64,000 bases of DNA from Bacillales bacterium UBA1624 (GTDB lineage Bacteria; Bacillota_I; Bacilli_A; RFN20; CAG-826). How positions within the stretch are numbered: position 1 is the first letter of the stretch; every line of letters starts with the position of its first letter. Below the pieces are notes generated by a model. It did no database searches. It saw nothing but the letters and a program-made list of their open reading frames with translations, and was not told where the DNA came from. Below are positions 1 through 8,665 of the stretch, piece by piece. Position numbers and translations under genes: made by a program. The stretch lies in assembly GCA_002321395.1 (NCBI GenBank), contig DCMK01000077.1, positions 19,598-83,597 of the forward strand. The letters are read 5' to 3'.

Positions 1-414
1 GCCCCGAAGGGGTTGGAACAAGGGGAATTCGAAGCGGAAATCAAATCGCGGTTCAAATTCCTGGACTTCGCCGAAATCATTTTCGTCTCCGCGAAAACGG
101 GCAAGGGCATCGATAAGATCCTGCCGGCCATCGAAAGGGCCTACGAAGGATGCAATCGACGCATTCCCACCTCGATCCTGAATCAGATCATCCAAGACGC
201 GCAGATGATGAACCCCACCCCGGAGTTCAACCACGGACGTTTGAAGATCCTCTTCTCAAACCAAGTTGGGATCAATCCGCCGACGTTCGTCATGTTCTGC
301 AACAACCCCGCTTTCGCCCATTTCTCCTATACTCGGTATTTGGAGAATCGCCTCCGGGAATCCTTTGATTTCACTGGAACGCCGATCTCCATCGTCTATC
401 GCATGAGGAAATGA
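1..414 (+). CDS. der: GTPase Der (EngA), C-terminal KH-like domain; 5' end lies outside the window
   Basis: Translation FVSAKTGKGIDKIL...RIPTSILNQIIQDA...FCNNP matches the C-terminal half of EngA/Der; the ORF is open to the window edge. Confidence 0.85.
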   Translation, partial: APKGLEQGEFEAEIKSRFKFLDFAEIIFVSAKTGKGIDKILPAIERAYEGCNRRIPTSILNQIIQDAQMMNPTPEFNHGRLKILFSNQVGINPPTFVMFCNNPAFAHFSYTRYLENRLRESFDFTGTPISIVYRMRK

Positions 415-527
415 GCCTTCGGTTGCGAATCCAATTTTCCCCATCGGTTTTTGTCATTGTCTAAAAACGAGCAAAAAGCTTCGGCCTGAATTTTAGGATT
501 TTCCGCCAATAGGCCTTTAAAAAGTTT

Positions 528-556
528 TTGCCAAACTTCTGTCTAGGTGCTAATTT
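528..556 (+). promoter_or_regulatory. sigma-A-like promoter for hup (TTGCCA-17 nt-TAATTT)
   Basis: -35 TTGCCA at 528-533, 17-nt spacer, -10 TAATTT at 551-556; RBS AGGAGG at 579-584 ahead of the ATG at 593. Confidence 0.45.
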
Positions 557-592
557 ATTCTAGAAGATTAAGCGAATAGGAGGTATTGCCCC

Positions 593-865
593 ATGAACAA
601 AGCTGATCTCATCGAAGCCGTTGCCGCCAAAGCCGAAGTCTCCCGCCGCGATGCGGAGGCCGTCGTCGAGTCCGCCCTCGCCATCATTGAGGAATCCCTT
701 ATCGCGGGCGAAATCGTCAAGCTCTCCGGATTCGGAAACTTCGAGAAGAAGGTTCGCGCCGCTCGCGTTGGAACCAACCCTGCTGACCGCAGCAAGATTG
801 AAATCCCCGAACGCAAGACCGTCGTCTTCAAACCTTCAAAAACCCTCAAAGAAAAACTCCAGTAA
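593..865 (+). CDS. hup: DNA-binding protein HU
   Basis: 90 aa; MNKADLIEAVA...GFGNFEKKVRAARVGTNPADRSKIEIP is the HU/IHF fold signature. Confidence 0.92.
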   Translation: MNKADLIEAVAAKAEVSRRDAEAVVESALAIIEESLIAGEIVKLSGFGNFEKKVRAARVGTNPADRSKIEIPERKTVVFKPSKTLKEKLQ

Positions 866-880
866 GGAAGCTTGAGGTTC

Positions 881-912
881 CAAGGGCGCCCGATGGGCGT
901 CCTTTTTTGTGC
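881..912 (+). terminator. rho-independent terminator after hup
   Basis: GGGCGCCCgatGGGCGTCC hairpin (8 bp including one G-T pair) followed by TTTTTTG; it overlaps the first candidate ATG of the next gene. Confidence 0.5.
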
Positions 913-1528
913 TATCATCCAAGAGATGGCAATTCCTTACTTTCTTGAGTTCGCCGAGCTTTACCGCCAAAACGGATTCCCTTTGTACGCGGTCGGAGGG
1001 ACATGTCGGGATTTTTTGCTTGGCAAAGAGCCCAATGATTTCGACTTCGTCACCTCGGCTACCCCGGATCAAGAAAAGGCGTTTTTGCCTCAAGCGGATT
1101 ATTCCTTCGCGCGATTCGGCTCCATAAAACTGAAGAGAGACGGTCAAGAAATCGATATCACCACCTTCCGGAAAGAAGGGGGATACAAGGATTTCCGCCA
1201 CCCGAGCTTCATTCGGTTCGTCCTTTCTCCCAAGATCGATTCCGAGAGGAGGGATTTCACTATCAACGCTTTGTATCTGGATCCAGATGGAAAGGTGCTG
1301 GACTTCCATGGTGGGATGGCCGATCTCAAAAACAAAATCATCCGTTTTATCGGCGATCCGGAGACCAGGATTCAAGAAGACCCTTTGCGCATCCTCCGGG
1401 CCGAGCGCTTTGCTGCCCGGCTTGGCTTTTCCTTTTCCCCCGAAACGGGGGAAGCCATCGAACGTCTGCGGCCGCTTCTGGATAAGCTCAACCCGGAAAA
1501 GGTGAAGGAAGAAATGAAAAAGAGGTAA
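893..1528 (+). CDS. cca: Half-length CCA tRNA nucleotidyltransferase / poly(A) polymerase head domain (about 210 aa; start uncertain, alternatives 872 TTG or 926 ATG)
   Basis: YAVGGTCRDFLLG...DFDFVT...RRDFTINALY...DPLRILRAERF are class II nucleotidyltransferase head/neck motifs; the ORF stops after the neck and dnaD follows directly. Confidence 0.6.
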   Translation: MGVLFCAIIQEMAIPYFLEFAELYRQNGFPLYAVGGTCRDFLLGKEPNDFDFVTSATPDQEKAFLPQADYSFARFGSIKLKRDGQEIDITTFRKEGGYKDFRHPSFIRFVLSPKIDSERRDFTINALYLDPDGKVLDFHGGMADLKNKIIRFIGDPETRIQEDPLRILRAERFAARLGFSFSPETGEAIERLRPLLDKLNPEKVKEEMKKR

Positions 1529-1531
1529 AAT

Positions 1532-2206
1532 GTGATTGTTATGGTATCCTCGAATTTAACGATGGATGCGGTGGACTTCCGCTATCTCCTCTTAGAAAAC
1601 TACAAGCGCCTTGGCATCAGCGAAAAGCAAGTCATCGTCCTTTTGATGGTCGACCATTTGCTTCGCAGCGGCAATTCCTTCGTCACGGGCGATCTTCTCG
1701 CTTTGAAGATGAACTACAAAGTCGAAGAATGCGACTCCTCTTTGGCTGAGCTTTTGAAAGATGGGTTCCTTTCTTACGAAACCAAAGAAGGCAAAATGCG
1801 CACCTCTTTGGAGCCGCTGAAAAAGAAGCTCTATGCCCAATTCCAAAACGATCTTTCCCGGCAAAAAGCCAGTCTTTCCTCTCCGGTTCGAACCGAGATG
1901 CTTTCCCGGCTTTACTCCTATTTTGAGAGGCGCCTAAACCGAACCCTCTCTCCTTTGGAGACCGATACGATCGACGGATGGTTGGACGACGCTTATTCCG
2001 AAGGGCAGATTAAGGATGCTTTGGAGAACGCGATCGCCGCTGGCAAGAAAACCATGAAATCCGTTGACCGTGAGCTCCGCACCGCAAGGAAGCGGGGCGA
2101 TATCGAAAAAGAAGGTTATTCCGGGGTTTCGGATTACTGGGACAAAGACATCGAAAAGACCATTGAGCTGGCCAAGCAGAAATGGAAGGAAGATGAGGGC
2201 AAATAA
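1532..2206 (+). CDS. dnaD: DnaD domain replication initiation / membrane attachment protein
   Basis: 224 aa; GTG start 7 nt after AGAGG; C-terminal DDBH2-like LSPLETDTIDGWLDDAYSEGQIKDALENAI; sits upstream of nth as in Bacillus. Confidence 0.75.
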   Translation: MIVMVSSNLTMDAVDFRYLLLENYKRLGISEKQVIVLLMVDHLLRSGNSFVTGDLLALKMNYKVEECDSSLAELLKDGFLSYETKEGKMRTSLEPLKKKLYAQFQNDLSRQKASLSSPVRTEMLSRLYSYFERRLNRTLSPLETDTIDGWLDDAYSEGQIKDALENAIAAGKKTMKSVDRELRTARKRGDIEKEGYSGVSDYWDKDIEKTIELAKQKWKEDEGK

Positions 2207-2849
2207 AGCATCATCGATTGCGGAATTGCTGAGGAGTCATTACCCCGATGCGCGGTGCACTCTTGTTTTTTCTTCGCCTTTTCAGTGCCTTTGCGCCGTT
2301 TTGCTTTCCGCCCAATGCACCGACGCGAAAGTCAATCGAGTCACGCCGTCTCTTTTTTCCGCCTATCCTTCTCCGAAAGAGCTTTCGGAAGCAAATTTGA
2401 ATCAGGTGGAAGGGATAATCCACAGCTTAGGACTAAGCCATAGCAAGGCGATGCATCTGATTGCGATGGCCAAACGGATACAAGAAAAATACGGGGGCAG
2501 GGTTCCGGACAGCTATGAGGAGCTCCTTGATCTGCCGGGAGTTGGAAACAAGACGGCGAGGGTCGTTTTGATGGAGTGCTTCCATCAGCCCGCTTTCCCT
2601 GTGGATACCCATGTCGAAAGGGTGTCTACGCGCTTAGGGCTTGTAAGAGAAGGGCTTCAGCCCGCCGAAATCGAAAAGGTCCTGGAAAAGACCTTCCCCG
2701 AAGAGGAAGAGGCTCTTTTGCATCATTGCTTCATCCGCTTTGGAAGAGAGGTGTGCCACAGCCGAAATCCGGAATGCGATCATTGTTTTTTGCGGGATTA
2801 TTGTTCCTTTTTCTCCGCAAAAAACACTTCTTTTAAAACCGGCAAGTAA
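2193..2849 (+). CDS. nth: Endonuclease III (DNA glycosylase / AP lyase)
   Basis: LLSAQCTDAKVNRVT, LPGVGNKTARVV, and a C-terminal CHSRNPECDHC 4Fe-4S cluster loop. Confidence 0.92.
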   Translation: MRANKASSIAELLRSHYPDARCTLVFSSPFQCLCAVLLSAQCTDAKVNRVTPSLFSAYPSPKELSEANLNQVEGIIHSLGLSHSKAMHLIAMAKRIQEKYGGRVPDSYEELLDLPGVGNKTARVVLMECFHQPAFPVDTHVERVSTRLGLVREGLQPAEIEKVLEKTFPEEEEALLHHCFIRFGREVCHSRNPECDHCFLRDYCSFFSAKNTSFKTGK

Positions 2850-3406
2850 TTGAATCGGGGATTGAATCCTTCGGCGACTGGCTTCCCTTTTTCTTCGATG
2901 AAGGAGAGGGGCATGGATGCGCGGGGGCGGGATTCGTAGAAAGCGATAACCTCGGAAGCCGGGACCAAAAAGGTTTTCCCAAGCAGGTCGAAGTGGATCA
3001 GAAAGAAAGCGATCCCGCTTTGGGCGATGACCCCTTTCAGATGCTCAATCTGCTGAGGGGGGATGTTCGATAGGGGGAATGAGGTTTTGCTTCGCGTGCT
3101 TTTTGCTTCAAAATCGATGTAACGTCCTTCGCAAACGCCGTTGTAATCGGTGGTGGATTGGGTTTCGAAATATGCTTGGGTGATCAGCGCTCCGCGGGTG
3201 TAGTCAACTTTCACCACGTTGATGGGAGTCGGCCTTTTGGTGATGAGGCACAGCCCCCTTTCTTTGTAATAAGCATTCGATTCGTTGAGCGCCGCTTCAA
3301 AATCCATTCCTCGGTTGCCGGAGGAAAGGGCCGCTTTTTTCGTTTTGCGGAAGGTGTTCGCTTGTTTGCCCTGCGCAAACGGCCTCACGCCGGAAGGGTA
3401 CTTCAT
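2798..3406 (-). CDS. recU: Holliday junction resolvase RecU
   Basis: MKYPSG...NRGMDFEAALNESNAYYKERGLCLITKRPTPINVVKVDY aligns with the Bacillus RecU N-terminus and core; its 3' end overlaps nth convergently by about 50 nt. Confidence 0.9.
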   Translation of the reverse strand: MKYPSGVRPFAQGKQANTFRKTKKAALSSGNRGMDFEAALNESNAYYKERGLCLITKRPTPINVVKVDYTRGALITQAYFETQSTTDYNGVCEGRYIDFEAKSTRSKTSFPLSNIPPQQIEHLKGVIAQSGIAFFLIHFDLLGKTFLVPASEVIAFYESRPRASMPLSFIEEKGKPVAEGFNPRFNYLPVLKEVFFAEKKEQ

Positions 3407-4128
3407 TCCAACTCTTCTCCCACCCAGGATAAGAACATCTCGCTGCTGACGTCCTCCCCTTTGGCCAAACGGATTGCGGCCTTCCGCAAAGAGGGGCTCA
3501 TCATTTTTCCTTGCGAGAGGATTCGGAGATAATGGGCTTTGACGATGTCTTTTCTTTCAATGAATGCGGAATAAAGGGACATGAGGTTCTTTGCGTCGTC
3601 TAAGGCATCGTGAGCTTTTCCGTCAAAACTTGTTTGCAGCCTTTCGCAGGCGTGGGCCAAAGAAAGCGCGTTCCCCTTTTCGTCCCGGACGTAAGAAGAA
3701 AGGAAGGATCCAAAGTCGAAGTTGTGGGAGCGGAAGATCCTAACGTCCTCCGCGCTGGCTTCCGGATTGTGCTCCAAAGAGGATTGCATCATGAAGGCAT
3801 CTTGATTGCCGTAAGTCAGAAAGATCGAGCGGAACCAATCTTTCCCCACATATTTTCGGAACGCCTGCTGGGCGAGGGGGAATGTGCAGCCTTCTTCCTT
3901 CAACTTAGCCTCGTTGATGCCGGTCATCTTCTCCACGAAGGCGCCGATCGGCCTTTTGGCTTTGACGAAGCAGCGGAATGGGCGTCCTACTTTTTTGACG
4001 GTCAAATCTTCGTTCAAAAAAGCCTTATACGCGCCGATTTCGATGACCTCGTGGGAAAACTGCGTGCCCTCTAGATCCACGAAGATGACGGTTTTGTAGC
4101 CTCGGAGGCATTTCGTTAGCGATTTCAC
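3403..4128 (-). CDS. DEDDh-family 3'-5' exonuclease (DnaQ/KapD-like)
   Basis: Exo I IFVDLEGT, Exo II YGNQDAFMM, Exo III HDALDDAKN; 4-nt overlap with the recU start suggests one operon. Confidence 0.75.
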   Translation of the reverse strand: MKSLTKCLRGYKTVIFVDLEGTQFSHEVIEIGAYKAFLNEDLTVKKVGRPFRCFVKAKRPIGAFVEKMTGINEAKLKEEGCTFPLAQQAFRKYVGKDWFRSIFLTYGNQDAFMMQSSLEHNPEASAEDVRIFRSHNFDFGSFLSSYVRDEKGNALSLAHACERLQTSFDGKAHDALDDAKNLMSLYSAFIERKDIVKAHYLRILSQGKMMSPSLRKAAIRLAKGEDVSSEMFLSWVGEELE

Positions 4129-4210
4129 GAGTAGAAGTATACCTTCGCCCGCGCTTCCTTTGTAGGTGCTTGCGACCCCTTTGAACCTGTTTTGGACGCG
4201 TCTTGCTTCG

Positions 4211-4239
4211 TTGCAGGTGCGTGGTGTTTTGAATATAAT
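4211..4239 (+). promoter_or_regulatory. sigma-A-like promoter upstream of gpsB (TTGCAG-17-TATAAT)
   Basis: -35 at 4211-4216, -10 TATAAT at 4234-4239; the ATG at 4252 has no SD and only about 6 nt of leader. Confidence 0.4.
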
Positions 4240-4251
4240 TCAAACGTTGCC

Positions 4252-4617
4252 ATGGAAGACAAAACCATTTCATTGAACGCGGAGCAAATCCTTCGCAAAA
4301 CATTCACTCCGAACGTGAAGGGATACGACCCTGAAGAAGTTGACTCCTTCTTGGATGCCGTAATCCGCGATTACCAAGCTTTCGAGGCTTACTACAAAGA
4401 GAGCAAACGCTACATCGTGGATTTGGAAACCCAACTCCGTAAAGCCAAGGAGGCCAACAACTCCTTGACGGTGGAGAACGCGAAGCTCAATTCCCGCTTG
4501 GCGGGGGTGAAGGATTCCGCCGAAGTCAATTCCGGCAACCTTCAGCTCCTAAATCGCATCGATAAACTGGAGAAAGCCGTTTGGCGTTTGGGAGGGAATC
4601 CCGAAACCATCAAATGA
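4252..4617 (+). CDS. gpsB: Cell cycle protein GpsB (DivIVA domain)
   Basis: MEDKTISLNAEQILRKTFTPNVKGYDPEEVDSFLD is the DivIVA/GpsB N-terminal domain; gene order gpsB-rnpB matches Bacillus. Confidence 0.8.
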   Translation: MEDKTISLNAEQILRKTFTPNVKGYDPEEVDSFLDAVIRDYQAFEAYYKESKRYIVDLETQLRKAKEANNSLTVENAKLNSRLAGVKDSAEVNSGNLQLLNRIDKLEKAVWRLGGNPETIK

Positions 4618-4621
4618 ACAT

Positions 4622-4950
4622 GCATCCGGTCTGGACGACTGCTGCCGCAAGGTAGAGGAAAGTCCATGCTCGCACCGCCTGCGATGGCGGTAGTGATTGC
4701 GCTGGGGGAATCAATAACCCCAGGCACGCGGGAGCGCGTGACGGCGGGGGAACTTCTCTTGTAGAAAGGAACCCTGAAAGTGCCACAGAGACGAGCTTGG
4801 CGGCGACGCCAAGATGAAACGAGGCAAACCCCACAAGCGAGAAACCCAAATTTGGTAGGGGAAGCGCCCAATCCGAAACGAAGGAGAGGGGGCCGGCGAA
4901 AGCCGAGATAAATTGTCGTCCTAGACAAAACATGGCTTATAGGACCGGAT
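4622..4950 (+). ncRNA. rnpB: RNase P RNA, type B
   Basis: GAGGAAAGTCCATGCTCGCAC, GAAAGTGCCACAGAGACG, AAACCCCACAAGCGAGAAACCCAAATTTGGTAGGGGAA and ACAAAACATGGCTTA blocks match Bacillus type-B P RNA; P1 pairing ATCCGGTC / GACCGGAT. Confidence 0.88.
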
Positions 4951-4959
4951 ACTCATTGA

Positions 4960-5613
4960 ATGCTTATGAAAATCAACTTGCCCACGAAAATCACGATCCT
5001 CCGAATCCTCTTGGTCGGATTGCTTTTGGTTTTCCTTTTCGTTTGGGCGATCGGCGGAAAGTTCTGTGGCTGGGTTTCTCCGACCATAGGGGATTCCCCG
5101 ATCACATTGGTGGGGCTTATTTCCTGCTGCGTTTTCATCTTCGCCGCGCTTACGGACGCCTTGGACGGCCATTTGGCGAGAAGCCGGGGCGAAGTGACGG
5201 ATTTGGGGAAGTTTTTGGATCCCATCGCCGATAAGATGCTCGTAAATTCTTCGCTGATTTTCTTCGCCGTCCCTTGGGAGTTCCTTCCAGGCTCCTTAAC
5301 GATCCCCGTCTTCTGCGTGATCCTCATGGTCCTTCGGGATTTGGTCGTCGACACGCTCCGCTTCGTCGCCGCAAGCAAGGGCGAAGTGGTGGCGGCCAAT
5401 ATCTTCGGGAAGCTGAAGACGGTATTCCAAATGGCCGCCTTGCCGATTGCGATGTTGAATGGATGGCCTTTTTCTTATTTCGACGCTTCTTGGAACCCCT
5501 ATCTTCGAATCGCCTCTTGCCTTATTTATTTGGCGACGGCGATGTCCCTGATTTCCGGAATCATTTACGTCATTCAGAATCGGCATGTTTTAAAGGAGAA
5601 AAACCATGATTGA
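4960..5613 (+). CDS. pgsA: CDP-diacylglycerol--glycerol-3-phosphate 3-phosphatidyltransferase
   Basis: NLPTKITILRI...DALDGHLAR...GKFLDPIADK are CDP-alcohol phosphatidyltransferase motifs; the start is 10 nt after the rnpB 3' end with no SD (an alternative ATG lies at 4966). Confidence 0.85.
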   Translation: MLMKINLPTKITILRILLVGLLLVFLFVWAIGGKFCGWVSPTIGDSPITLVGLISCCVFIFAALTDALDGHLARSRGEVTDLGKFLDPIADKMLVNSSLIFFAVPWEFLPGSLTIPVFCVILMVLRDLVVDTLRFVAASKGEVVAANIFGKLKTVFQMAALPIAMLNGWPFSYFDASWNPYLRIASCLIYLATAMSLISGIIYVIQNRHVLKEKNHD

Positions 5614-6097
5614 TGCTCGTGAATTGCTGCAAAGGCTCGCAGATCGAAACCTCAAGCTCGGGAGCGTGGAATCCCTAACCGCGGGGCTATTCGGCTCCAC
5701 GGTTTGCGAAGTCCCCGGAGCGAGCATGGTTTACCGGGGCGGATTGATTACCTATGACCCGGCTTTGAAGGTTTCTTTGGCGAACGTCTCCGCAAAGGAC
5801 ATCGACGAGGAAGGCGTCGTGTCCGCCAAAGTCGCCACCGAAATGGCCGAAGGCGGGAGAAAAGCTCTGGGCTGCGACGTCTGCGTCTCCTGCACAGGCA
5901 ACGCGGGTCCGGACGTCCAAAAAGGCGGGCAACCCGTCGGAACGGTATTCCTTGGCCTTGCTTATCAAGGGAACGTTTGGACCGTCCCGCTTCATCTGCA
6001 AGGAACCCGAAACGAGATTCGTAAAGCCACCGTCGATGCCATGATCGCCTTTGCCGCGAGTTTGTTCCCGGCTGCCCCGGAGGAAGGGAAAAAATAG
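5606..6097 (+). CDS. cinA: CinA C-terminal domain protein (PncC-like NMN amidohydrolase)
   Basis: 163 aa; LKLGSVESLTAGLFGS...CVSCTGNAGP; the pgsA-cinA-recA order is conserved in Firmicutes. Confidence 0.8.
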   Translation: MIDARELLQRLADRNLKLGSVESLTAGLFGSTVCEVPGASMVYRGGLITYDPALKVSLANVSAKDIDEEGVVSAKVATEMAEGGRKALGCDVCVSCTGNAGPDVQKGGQPVGTVFLGLAYQGNVWTVPLHLQGTRNEIRKATVDAMIAFAASLFPAAPEEGKK

Positions 6098-6144
6098 GCG
6101 ATTTCGCCGAATTGCTTTTATAGATAAGGTAAGAGGTAACAGCA

Positions 6145-7194
6145 ATGACAAAAAACACTTCGCCCGCGAACAACGGGAAGGAACAAGCTTTGGAGGAAGC
6201 CCTCCGTTCCATCGAAAAAGCCTATGGGAAAGGCGCCGTTATGCGCCTTGGCGACCATGCCAAGGTCGACGTCGACGTGATTCCGACCGGATCTGTCCTT
6301 TTGGATCAGGCCCTTGGCGTCGGCGGATATCCCAAAGGAAGAATCGTCGAGATTTATGGTCCTGAGTCTTCTGGGAAAACGACGCTTGCTTTGGAGGCCG
6401 TGGCCCAAGCCCAAAAGAAAGGAGGCCGCGCCGCCTATATTGACGCGGAGCACTCCATCGATCCGGATTATGCGAAGAAGCTCGGCGTCAACATCGATGA
6501 TTTGATCTTGTCTCAGCCGGATTCCGGCGAGCAGGCTTTGGAGATCTGCGAAATGCTCGCTCAGTCCAATGCGTTGGACTTAATCGTCGTGGATTCGGTT
6601 GCCGCGCTCGTCCCTCAGGCTGAGCTTGATGGGGTCATGTCGGACAATCAGGTGGGGTTGCAGGCCCGCCTCATGTCCAAAGGAATGAGGAAGATCGCCG
6701 GCGTCTTGGCCCGCACCGGATGCACGGTCATCTTCATCAATCAGCTTCGCGAAAAAGTGGGGGTGGTCTATGGGAATCCCGAAACGACCACCGGTGGTCG
6801 CGCTTTGAAATTCTATGCTTCCATCCGTTTAGACATTCGCCGCGCCGAAGCCATTAAAGAAGGCGCCAACGTCATTGGGAACACGGTCAAGGTGAAAGTC
6901 GTCAAAAACAAGGTGGCCCCTCCTTTTAAGAGCTGCGTGATTGAGATCATCTTCGGCCAAGGGATTTCCCGGGAGGGGGAGCTGCTGGACCTCGGCGACA
7001 AATACGGATTCCTGAAGAAGACCGGTTCTTGGTACGAGTACAAGGGGAACAAAATCGGAAATGGGAGGGAAGCTTGCAAGAGCTACCTCAAGGAGCATCC
7101 GGAAATCGCGGACGAAATCGACAAAGGCGTCCGGGAGGCCATCCGGAAAGAGTCTCAGCCCGAGGAAGCCGACGAAGACGGGGTCATCGCTTAA
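6145..7194 (+). CDS. recA: Recombinase RecA
   Basis: [12 protein letters not shown] Walker A, a L2-loop region, 349 aa. Confidence 0.97.
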   Translation: MTKNTSPANNGKEQALEEALRSIEKAYGKGAVMRLGDHAKVDVDVIPTGSVLLDQALGVGGYPKGRIVEIYGPESSGKTTLALEAVAQAQKKGGRAAYIDAEHSIDPDYAKKLGVNIDDLILSQPDSGEQALEICEMLAQSNALDLIVVDSVAALVPQAELDGVMSDNQVGLQARLMSKGMRKIAGVLARTGCTVIFINQLREKVGVVYGNPETTTGGRALKFYASIRLDIRRAEAIKEGANVIGNTVKVKVVKNKVAPPFKSCVIEIIFGQGISREGELLDLGDKYGFLKKTGSWYEYKGNKIGNGREACKSYLKEHPEIADEIDKGVREAIRKESQPEEADEDGVIA

Positions 7195-7198
7195 TTCA

Positions 7199-7226
7199 GG
7201 GAGCCGCGAGGCTCCCTTTTCTCGTG
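7199..7226 (+). terminator. rho-independent terminator after recA
   Basis: GGGAGCCGCGAGGCTCCC hairpin then TTTTCTC. Confidence 0.55.
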
Positions 7227-7247
7227 CTAACTTGTTAAAATAACCCA

Positions 7248-8435
7248 ATGAAAAAAACCAATGTCTGCTACTTCCAATCGGGCGGTCCGACGGCCGTGAT
7301 CAACTCCTCCCTTTACGGCGTGCTCCTAGGGGCCAAAGAGAAGGAAAGCAGCATCGGCGAAGTCTATGGTTCCTTAGATGGGATCGAAGGCATCATTGAG
7401 GATCGTTTAATCCCCCTTTCTTCACTTTCGGAAGCGACGGTTTCTCTTCTTCCCCAAACCCCGGGCGTTTTCTTGGGATCATCGCGTTTTAAATTGCACG
7501 AAGATCAACAAATTTGGGAAAAGATCACCAAAACATTGCAGAAACATGATATTTCCTTGATTTTGGCCAACGGCGGGAATGATTCGATGGATACCTGCGA
7601 CAAGCTTTCGCGCCACCTTTCCGATTTAGGGATCCGCGTCGTTGGCATCCCAAAGACCATCGATAACGATTTGGTTTTGACCGATCATTGTCCGGGGTTC
7701 GCAAGCGCCGCAAAGCACGTGATCAACCAAGTGAAGCTCATATCCATCGATGCCCATAGCTACAAAAAAGGGAAAGTCGTCATCATCGAAGTGATGGGCA
7801 GGGAAGCGGGGTGGCTCGCCGCCTCCGCCGATTTGCTGCCTAAGCCCTATCACCCGGATTTGATCTATTTGCCGGAAGGCGAATTCTCTGAACGCGAATT
7901 CCTTACCGAGGTTCAAAACCAATACGAAAGGAAAGGAACCTGCGTCGTCGTGGTTTCTGAGGGGATCCCCGTCCATCACGAAACCCTTGCTCTTTACGAT
8001 TCTTTTGGGCACGCCTCTCCGGAAGGTGCCGCGCTTGAGCTTGGCAAACTCGTGAATAAGAAACTCGGCCTTGGGGTCCGCACGGTCATTTTGTCGACCC
8101 CGGTTCGCGCGAACCCCTTCCTAACGTCGAAGGTCGATTCCGAAGAAGCCGCTTTATTGGGGAAAGAAGCCCTTTTTGCGGGCTTAAACGGGGATACGGG
8201 CGTGATGGTTGCGTTAGAGCGAGTCAGCTCTTCCCCCTATCGTTGCAACGTCAAAAAGGTGAAAGTCGGCGAGGTGGCCAACAAAAATCGCCTCTTCCCG
8301 AAGGACTGGATACTTTCCTCCTCATCCATGAGCAACGAATTCCATGAATATCTTTTGCCCCTTGTCCAAGGGGGTATTGATGTCCGAATGGATGAAAGCG
8401 GGTGCTTTCTCGCCGCGAGGCTTGAAAAGAAATAA
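7248..8435 (+). CDS. pfk: 6-phosphofructokinase family protein (divergent, PPi-type-like)
   Basis: PKTIDNDL and MGR motifs present; the GGDGS motif is replaced by GGNDS. Confidence 0.72.
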   Translation: MKKTNVCYFQSGGPTAVINSSLYGVLLGAKEKESSIGEVYGSLDGIEGIIEDRLIPLSSLSEATVSLLPQTPGVFLGSSRFKLHEDQQIWEKITKTLQKHDISLILANGGNDSMDTCDKLSRHLSDLGIRVVGIPKTIDNDLVLTDHCPGFASAAKHVINQVKLISIDAHSYKKGKVVIIEVMGREAGWLAASADLLPKPYHPDLIYLPEGEFSEREFLTEVQNQYERKGTCVVVVSEGIPVHHETLALYDSFGHASPEGAALELGKLVNKKLGLGVRTVILSTPVRANPFLTSKVDSEEAALLGKEALFAGLNGDTGVMVALERVSSSPYRCNVKKVKVGEVANKNRLFPKDWILSSSSMSNEFHEYLLPLVQGGIDVRMDESGCFLAARLEKK

Positions 8436-8665
8436 TAGGTGGAAAACCGATACACGGCCCTCGCGCTTTTCTTTGAATGGGAAAGCCCTTTCAATCGGCT
8501 CTATTTTTTCTTTGGAACGCTTGATAAAATAGCATCAGTACCTAGAGGTACTACACCCATTGCCTGAAGTTTGGGTTCGCTCATTTATAGATTCCTCGTT
8601 CTCGATCATAGTAAGCAAATCACTTCGCTTTATCGCCTGGGTGCCTTATACAGGAGATTTTGTTT

